Shown here piece by piece: positions 58,123 to 64,000 of a stretch of 64,000 bases of DNA. The notes beneath the pieces are model-generated. The model had not been told where the DNA came from. It searched no databases and saw nothing but the letters and a program-made list of their open reading frames with translations. Each line of letters opens with the position of its first letter. Within the stretch, counting starts at the first letter, position 1. Made by a program: the position numbers and the translations under genes. This DNA is from an uncultured bacterium (GTDB lineage: Bacteria; Patescibacteriota; Minisyncoccia; UBA6257; 2-01-FULL-56-20). The stretch covers positions 262,715 to 326,714 of the forward strand of contig CAVYIK010000003.1 in NCBI GenBank assembly GCA_963768625.1, written 5' to 3'.

Positions 58123-59958
58123 CTACTGGTTTGGCTCGAAGTCGGCCTGTCCCAGTACGAAAGTGGCGAGTTTGCCATTTTGCGTACAGAGAAAACCGAC
58201 AGCAGGAACCAACGTGGAGGTTGAAGTGAGATCTGGGAAGTTCCCAGTTCCAAGGTAGAATCTGGCGAACCGCATAACGGGCGCTGCGCCATCGGTGTCA
58301 GGATATTCCGCTGTGATTGCGCCGTTCGCTGCGTCAGGTGCGATAAGGATCGTGCCCGCCGGAAGTTTTACGTAACCGCCGACCTGCGCCTGCGAAGCGT
58401 TGTTAACGATCGCAAGTTCTTGGTCAACGGTGCCGTCGGTATTCACTACCTGGCCCATGACGCCGAGCGTGGATCCGACCTGAACGATAGACCAACCGCC
58501 CGTGTCGGGGTAGTTGCTCCAGTAGGTTGAGTCGGTTGCCGTGAGCTCGCCGAGCTTGAGCGTTCCCGACGCCGTAGCCGTTGTCCCCGAAATGGTGAAC
58601 CACCGCAGGGTTTGATCCCCGCTGCCGTAGACCACTACGTGAGAGCCATCCAACACCTTCACCGCCGTCGGTTGACTTCCGGTCGGCATGGGTAATGGGA
58701 AGACTGTCGGAGGGGACGAACTGCTCATGGCGTTGGCCGTCAGGAAACAATATGCCGTGTCCACATCCGGTTGGGTTGCGCAAGCGAGGCCATTTTGGGC
58801 ATCAATCGCCAGAGACAAGGTCGTTGAGCTACCCATTGTGATTGCAGCCCTACCACCGTTTAAGTCGTAGACGAAGAGTCCTCCGTACGGGAGTATGTTG
58901 AGTGGGACTGTCGTGAGGACATAACCAGTTTGGTTATCAACGGCTATAGCATTGCCATTGACGGAGACGCTTCCGTCCGCTGTGCCATCGGGTTTGAATT
59001 TAAGCAAGGCGCTTGACGTTGGATTGTCATCGCCGGAGTAATAATAGTATATCTCTCCGGTGGCGGAATTCTGCACCGCCATCTGCTGGCTTCCTCGATA
59101 GAGAAGCCAGAGAACGTTTGACTGTACGCCGTCAGATCCCGTTATCCACATTTTGATGGGCACGGGAATGTTGAAGTTCGCTTCCAGGAGAAACACTTCC
59201 TGAATCGAAGTCATTGGTTGGGTGAAAGTATATGGATTATCACCTTTCCATGCCACCGCATGCAACACATCACCAGCCTGCACATTCCCGAGCGCAAATG
59301 TAATGGTAAAGATCGCCCCATACCTTGAGTAGATCTGGCCATTCGGGAGCTTGATTGATGGGTCGAGCCCAAGCGTGATCACTCTTGGGATATTCACCGT
59401 CACCGTCGCCGAGGCAGGAGTACTGCCGCCGGGTCCAGTGCAGGTGCCAGTGTACTGAGTGGTCGTAGTCGGTGAAACCGACTGCGAGCCGCTCGTTGCC
59501 GTAGAAGTTGTCCACGGCGCGCTCCACGAGGTTCCACTACACGACCACGTAAGCGTTGAGGGCTGGCCAAGGTTGATCGTCGTCGGTAACGCAGTGAGCG
59601 TTGCCGTCGGCGGAGGTGGAGGCGGAGTGGTCACTGTCACTGTCGCCGAGGCATTTTTATTGCCGCCGGTGCCGGTGCAAGTCACGGTATAAGTAGTCGT
59701 CACGGTCGGCGACACTTGCCAGGTCCCGCTCGTTGGCGTAGATGAGATCCACGACAAAGTGCAGGACGAGACATTGGTCGTTGCGAGGGTAAGTGTTGAC
59801 GCTTGCCCGGCATTGACCATCGTCGGCGACGCAGTGAACGTTACCGTCGGCGGAGGCGGAGGCGGCGGGTTCCCGACACTTCCAGTCCCGGGGCCGCCAC
59901 CACAGCCAACTAATACAGAAACCACAAACAACATCGTTGCTACTAAATCGCGACGCAT
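58123..59958 (-). CDS. Lipoprotein with two Ig-like modules and a C-terminal beta-rich (propeller-like) domain
   Basis: 611 aa with a lipobox (LVGC) after the signal peptide. It has PPPPP linkers and two copies of the same ~75-aa module seen in 55042..57540. Confidence 0.65.
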   Translation of the reverse strand: MRRDLVATMLFVVSVLVGCGGGPGTGSVGNPPPPPPPTVTFTASPTMVNAGQASTLTLATTNVSSCTLSWISSTPTSGTWQVSPTVTTTYTVTCTGTGGNKNASATVTVTTPPPPPPTATLTALPTTINLGQPSTLTWSCSGTSWSAPWTTSTATSGSQSVSPTTTTQYTGTCTGPGGSTPASATVTVNIPRVITLGLDPSIKLPNGQIYSRYGAIFTITFALGNVQAGDVLHAVAWKGDNPYTFTQPMTSIQEVFLLEANFNIPVPIKMWITGSDGVQSNVLWLLYRGSQQMAVQNSATGEIYYYYSGDDNPTSSALLKFKPDGTADGSVSVNGNAIAVDNQTGYVLTTVPLNILPYGGLFVYDLNGGRAAITMGSSTTLSLAIDAQNGLACATQPDVDTAYCFLTANAMSSSSPPTVFPLPMPTGSQPTAVKVLDGSHVVVYGSGDQTLRWFTISGTTATASGTLKLGELTATDSTYWSNYPDTGGWSIVQVGSTLGVMGQVVNTDGTVDQELAIVNNASQAQVGGYVKLPAGTILIAPDAANGAITAEYPDTDGAAPVMRFARFYLGTGNFPDLTSTSTLVPAVGFLCTQNGKLATFVLGQADFEPNQ

Positions 59959-60376
59959 AGCGGCCCTCCTTTGGGCTTACTTCTTTTTTGATCCCTGAAC
60001 CCTAAACTTAAACCCGTAAAATGAATTGGTAACTGCCTATGAATGCGCCTAAAAAGGGGCACTCATACTCTGCCATTATAATAGCATCCTTTAGAGAAAT
60101 TGTCAAATATAGGCCGGAAATGCTCGCGAAGCTTATAAAATCGAGATAAAAAAAGGGCCGCTTGGTAGTAGCGAGCCCGGGGATGAAATCTGTACACTCT
60201 AGGAGGAGTGTTCACTGCAAGGCGCGTGCCTCGCGGTAATGTTGTGTTCAGATTCCATCGACTAACTCCATTATAGCAAACCGTATGGGGCTGTCAAGTG
60301 CCCCCAAGATTCGAGATTTGGAGGAGGCCGGCGACTGCGCTACCAACGCAGCCGCCAGCCAGGTGCAACCCTCAGG

Positions 60377-60934
60377 CTAGTGCCGGGACCAAATAATGCG
60401 CCCGGAATAGCCCGCTGCCTGCCTCACGCGTCCGTCGATACTATTGCCATACTCGAGATTGCCGATACCAGCCCCAAAGCTTTGAGTGCCCCGAAGGACA
60501 TTCAAGCCCAGAGCCAGATATCGCCAACGCCCACCTTTTCGGTAGATCCTACGACTAAGCAACGCTATTCCGGCGTTCAGAGCCACGTTAGCGCCAACTG
60601 CGGCGCCAGTGTTCCGATTGCCAAAACAGCGAGCCCATCCCAGTTCTGCACTGGGATAACGCATCAGGAAAGTGTTATCTTCCCTGCGCGCGATCGTAGG
60701 ACGGTTCAGTTGCTGGAAGGTTGTTGCGGCATCCAGCGTCGTCCCGGCATTAAGGTACCAACCAGAAACCCGGTAGAGGCGATCCAGCCTTGTGGCTGGC
60801 TTCTTCTCCTCTTTAGGCTTCCAGTAGTCACCCTTTTGCCAAGAATACTGATCCTGCGCACGGATCCGCGGTGGAGAAATTCCCATCGCGGACAGCATCA
60901 AGAGTACGGCAAAGCACCTTGTCGGACTTCTCAC
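60377..60934 (-). CDS. Secreted hypothetical protein
   Basis: The GTG at 60934 lies 9 nt after AGGAGG. The signal peptide is RSPTRCFAVLLMLSAMGISPPRIRAQD. Confidence 0.4.
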   Translation of the reverse strand: MRSPTRCFAVLLMLSAMGISPPRIRAQDQYSWQKGDYWKPKEEKKPATRLDRLYRVSGWYLNAGTTLDAATTFQQLNRPTIARREDNTFLMRYPSAELGWARCFGNRNTGAAVGANVALNAGIALLSRRIYRKGGRWRYLALGLNVLRGTQSFGAGIGNLEYGNSIDGRVRQAAGYSGRIIWSRH

Positions 60935-61021
60935 GGTTTGCACCCTCCTAGAGTGCAATCATATTATAAGGATTTTTTGACTTTTGTCAAATTACGCGCG
61001 GTTTCCAAGCATCCCCTTGCC

Positions 61022-61615
61022 CTAACACGCGCCCGGGCCGCCGGCGCTTGAGCAATCTATCTCGCGCGCGCTTACCGAGGTCTGGAGGTTCAAAACATTG
61101 TTCGCCACGGCGGGGTCCGTGGAGTTGGGACTCACGCCCATTGAGATCGTGATGCGCGGGTTCCAGTGGTCCCCTTCCAGGTTGCCGAAGAGGGTGAACG
61201 TAAGATACCGCACGATGACGTTGCTGCTCGTGATCGGCTGGGCACCGCCCGACACGCTGCTATCACTCCGGGAAAGCGCGCCACCGCCCGCGGGGATGGA
61301 GTAGGCAATGTTCGCACTTTCGGCATTGTAGAAGTTGAGGTCAGTGCAGGTCCACGTAGAACCGATCCCGCCCACGCCTCCCGGGCACGTGCAGGTCACG
61401 ACGCCGGCCGCGTCATGACAGAAAAGGTAGCCGGTCCGTATCTCGCGCGCCATTTGTTCGATCGCAAGGCCGGCGTTCGACTGCGCGGAGATAAGAGCTG
61501 CCACCTCGCGCTGGGTCCGGAGCGCGTTCGTAAACCCGCCCGCGGCGATCGCGATGATGATAGAAAACAGCGCGATGGCGACGAGCAGTTCAATAAGGGT
61601 GAATCCTCTTTTCAT
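61022..61615 (-). CDS. Type IV pilin-like protein (prepilin-type N-terminal cleavage/methylation domain)
   Basis: Start trimmed to MKRGFTLIELLVAIALFSIIIAIAAGG. Confidence 0.7.
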   Translation of the reverse strand: MKRGFTLIELLVAIALFSIIIAIAAGGFTNALRTQREVAALISAQSNAGLAIEQMAREIRTGYLFCHDAAGVVTCTCPGGVGGIGSTWTCTDLNFYNAESANIAYSIPAGGGALSRSDSSVSGGAQPITSSNVIVRYLTFTLFGNLEGDHWNPRITISMGVSPNSTDPAVANNVLNLQTSVSAREIDCSSAGGPGAC

Positions 61616-61632
61616 ATGCTTGTAGCGCATGG

Positions 61633-62178
61633 TTATTGTGGCGGATGCCAGTTATAGAAAACGTCCGCGACATCCAGGCGTTGCGCCGTGAGCGGGCCGG
61701 TCGCCCAGGTGATGACGGAATCCACCACTATTTCGTTCGCGCTTATATGCTCTATCTGGATGCACCGCGCAAGGTTTGTGGTCACGGAGCCGTTGTAGCC
61801 GTACATGTCCGTCGCGGGGTCAAGCTGGAGCGGCGGCACCGTGATAAGCGAGGAACAGTGGAATCCCGGCCCCACGCCGAGCGCCGTGAGCCCTTTCGAA
61901 TCGTAGGCCACTGTATAGGCGCCGTCCGCAACACAGGTGCCCCCGCAGGTCCCCCAAGTTCCACCATTCCAGAGGTCGGCGTCCAAGATGTTCTTTGTAA
62001 GCTCAACGCCTTCGGAAGCAAGATATGTCGCCGTGAGCTCGTCGGAGGTCACGCGGCTTATAAAGAACGATTTTGAGAGAAGGGTGACGATGCCCAAAAA
62101 TCCCGTCGTGAGGATCCCTATGGCGACCATGGCTTCGACAAGCGATTGTCCTCGGCGGCGATGGATAAGATCTTTCAT
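61633..62178 (-). CDS. Minor pseudopilin-like protein
   Basis: RRGQSLVEAMVAIGILTTGFLGIVTLL is an N-terminal class III signal-like segment. Confidence 0.6.
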   Translation of the reverse strand: MKDLIHRRRGQSLVEAMVAIGILTTGFLGIVTLLSKSFFISRVTSDELTATYLASEGVELTKNILDADLWNGGTWGTCGGTCVADGAYTVAYDSKGLTALGVGPGFHCSSLITVPPLQLDPATDMYGYNGSVTTNLARCIQIEHISANEIVVDSVITWATGPLTAQRLDVADVFYNWHPPQ

Positions 62179-62179
62179 G

Positions 62180-62782
62180 TTAAAAAGTAACCTGCCCCGA
62201 TGCGTTCACCGAGATGGTCGTTGAAGCGGAACCGTCGGCGGTCACAAGATAGATCTTGGAAGTGGCGGCGGGCACAAGGAAAGTTCCGGCGGCTGCGTCG
62301 CGGCTCAAGAACGTCGTAGGGGCCGGTGGATAAAAGAGCGCCACGACGAGCGTGTCGCCATTCCCGCCGTCCGTGAGGCGGACACCGTTCGCGATCGGCA
62401 CGTTCCATGAGCTTGGCGAGTACTCGGCCATCTCGGTGGAGCTTGTGATCCCCGCGACCGTCGTTGACGCAACGCTCGGACAGGGCGGTATGGAACCCGG
62501 GCCTCCATACGCGGGCTTCGTGTCATCCGGCTGGAAAGCGAAAATGGAGTAGCGATTATCGGCGACGTCGACGAAGACGCCGTAGGCGCATACGCCCGCG
62601 CCTTTGTTGTACGTCGCGACAGCAAGGTCTTTCGCACGGAGGATGGATTCCGCGACTTTCGAGGTTTCCACGGAAAGCGCGACCTGGTTCCGGCTGATCG
62701 AGCTATAAGTAAACGCCATGGTCGCGAGAAGCGCGGAAATGGCGATCACGACCAACACCTCAATGAGCGTGAAACCCTTCAT
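62180..62782 (-). CDS. Type IV pilin-like protein
   Basis: Start trimmed to MKGFTLIEVLVVIAISALLATMAF at 62782, with an ATGA overlap with pilD. Confidence 0.7.
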   Translation of the reverse strand: MKGFTLIEVLVVIAISALLATMAFTYSSISRNQVALSVETSKVAESILRAKDLAVATYNKGAGVCAYGVFVDVADNRYSIFAFQPDDTKPAYGGPGSIPPCPSVASTTVAGITSSTEMAEYSPSSWNVPIANGVRLTDGGNGDTLVVALFYPPAPTTFLSRDAAAGTFLVPAATSKIYLVTADGSASTTISVNASGQVTF

Positions 62783-63549
62783 AGACCTATTATACGAAAA
62801 TACCAGGCGATGGCGGAGGCGCCAAAGAAAAAGGTGAGATATGCGCCGAGCACAAGGAACGGCGCGAAGGGCACCTCGCTTTTCCGCGACTTCTTTTTCG
62901 TGAGGATGAGCGCCACGCCGATTGCGGCACCAATGACGAACGCCGACGCGTAGAGGAGAAGGATGTTCGGCCACCCGAAGAGGAATCCCAGAGGAAGACC
63001 GAGTTTCACGTCGCCCATCCCCATTCCCCTGCCGCGCGTCGCGAGCGCGAGCAGCCCGAAAAATCCTGCGCCAAAGAGAGCGCCGACCGTGTGTCCCGTC
63101 CAGGCGTTCCCTAAAAACACCGTTTCAAATATCGCCGCGAGCGCGAGGAGGACCGTAAGCTCGTCCGGGATTATTTGTAGCCGGAGGTCGATGTAGGCGA
63201 TAAGGAGAAGCGTCTCAAGCGCGAGAACCCAAAGCGCCACGAAGGGCCACGGGGAGTGCGGGAGCGCAAGCGGGACGAAGACGAAAATCGCGCCGGAAAG
63301 AAGTTCCACGAGCGGATACTGGATGCCGATCCGGGCGCTGCAGTTCCGGCACCGGCCGCGCTGCACGAGGAAGCTCGCGACCGGCACGAGCTCGAACCAG
63401 CGAAGCGTGCGCGTGCAATGCGGACAGCGCGAGCGGCCGCCGATCACTTTGGGGTCGAACAAGAAATGCTCGCCGTCATACCGCAGGGCGAGCACGTTCA
63501 TGAAGCTCCCGATCGCGAGGCCGAAGACAAAGAGTACGATCCACGCCAT
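62779..63549 (-). CDS. pilD: Prepilin peptidase (A24 family)
   Basis: 256 aa and polytopic, with a Cys-box CPHC...CRNC and catalytic-Asp regions (GMGMGDVKL). Confidence 0.85.
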   Translation of the reverse strand: MAWIVLFVFGLAIGSFMNVLALRYDGEHFLFDPKVIGGRSRCPHCTRTLRWFELVPVASFLVQRGRCRNCSARIGIQYPLVELLSGAIFVFVPLALPHSPWPFVALWVLALETLLLIAYIDLRLQIIPDELTVLLALAAIFETVFLGNAWTGHTVGALFGAGFFGLLALATRGRGMGMGDVKLGLPLGFLFGWPNILLLYASAFVIGAAIGVALILTKKKSRKSEVPFAPFLVLGAYLTFFFGASAIAWYFRIIGL

Positions 63550-63576
63550 GTCTCCATTCTACCAAAGCCAAAACCA

Positions 63577-63600
63577 AAAGCCCCGCACGTGCGGGGCTTT
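63577..63600. terminator. Bidirectional hairpin terminator
   Basis: aaaagccccgcacgtgcggggctttt. Confidence 0.55.
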
Positions 63601-63623
63601 TACAATACAATCCGTTACGGGAA

Positions 63624-64000
63624 TTACAGTGAGACGCAATAGACAGGCGTCGTAGCTGACTGAGCGCAGGTCGTGATGGTCGTCGGCGTGGCTCCGGAAG
63701 TACCGCCGAGCGCCGGAGTAGTGAATGTCGGCGGCGTGTAGCTGTTGAACACGGAGTTGCCGTTATTCTCAAGGATCGCTCCGTATCATGTAGCTGTCGC
63801 CTGCAGCGGTCGCAGCATAGTAATAGCTCTTTCCGGACTGCGGATCATTCGGCACCGCACTCACGCCAATACCGCTCCCGATGAGCGCCGCGCTCATGGA
63901 GGCCGCGCCCGCCCAGAGGTTATTCGCAGCATAGCCAACGCCAGCGCAGGAACCACCGTTTGCTACCGTATTGCCCGGGTAGTAACCGCACTTGTTGTAA
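63624..64000 (-). CDS. Partial pilin-like protein (C-terminal part; N-terminus off the window), with one apparent frameshift near 63783
   Basis: My minus-strand translation is ...YNKCGYYPGNTVANGGSCAGVGYAANNLW...GKSYYYAATAAGDSYMIR / (frame change) / ILENNGNSVFNSYTPPTFTT...TTCAQSATTPVYCVSL*. It lies upstream of pilD. The pilin assignment is contextual. Confidence 0.4.

Noticed and set aside
60193-60960. A ~17-bp imperfect inverted repeat (cactctaggagg[a/g]gtg) flanking ORF 60377..60934, which looked like IS or MITE termini.
   Set aside because: The right copy is simply the AGGAGG ribosome-binding site region of the gene. The enclosed ORF is a signal-peptide protein rather than a transposase, and no target-site duplication is visible.

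Overview
The window looks like a high-GC Candidate Phyla Radiation/Patescibacteria (Parcubacteria-type) genome. That placement is inference, based on a 23S-5S operon with no 16S, a 23S gene split by a LAGLIDADG group I intron, a DUF4012 protein, a type IV pilin/PilD cluster and a minimal housekeeping set. Most genes are on the minus strand. Housekeeping genes are lepA, ftsQ-like, alr, serS, thrS, miaA, gatB, tmk, rplK, ssb, rpsF, rpoC, rpoB, mltG, rodA/ftsW, an M32 carboxypeptidase, cca, pheS, murD, gatC, gatA and ligA, plus tRNA-Pro, tRNA-Met, tRNA-Asp, 5S and 23S rRNA. Seven things stand out. (1) A complete diversity-generating retroelement at 37.7-40.2 kb: RT, Avd-like four-helix-bundle gene, and a TR/VR pair with adenine-specific mismatches in the C-terminus of a 222-aa target. 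(2) An AT-richer thiazole/oxazole-type RiPP locus at 51.6-54.9 kb: a 45-aa Cys/Ser/Gly-rich precursor, a single RRE + SagB-dehydrogenase + YcaO fusion protein, and an HExxH protease. (3) Two 72-nt perfect hairpins (after ssb, and in the 23S-5S spacer) with an identical 12-nt loop and identical geometry but unrelated 30-bp stems. (4) A tRNA-Asp-adjacent AT-richer cassette of CYTH, SAM-methyltransferase, Gre-like and Tmk-like genes. (5) tRNA-3'-end-like direct repeats bracketing a small AT-rich gene. (6) An in-frame rpoB-rpoC junction. (7) Strongly clustered frameshifts in essential genes (rpoB, rpoC, murD, gatA) and in a GT39-like gene, while neighbouring long genes are intact. This is most simply local assembly or consensus error, but it needs read-level checking. 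No CRISPR array or transposase was seen. All coordinates, alignments and counts were derived by hand from the sequence and ORF track.
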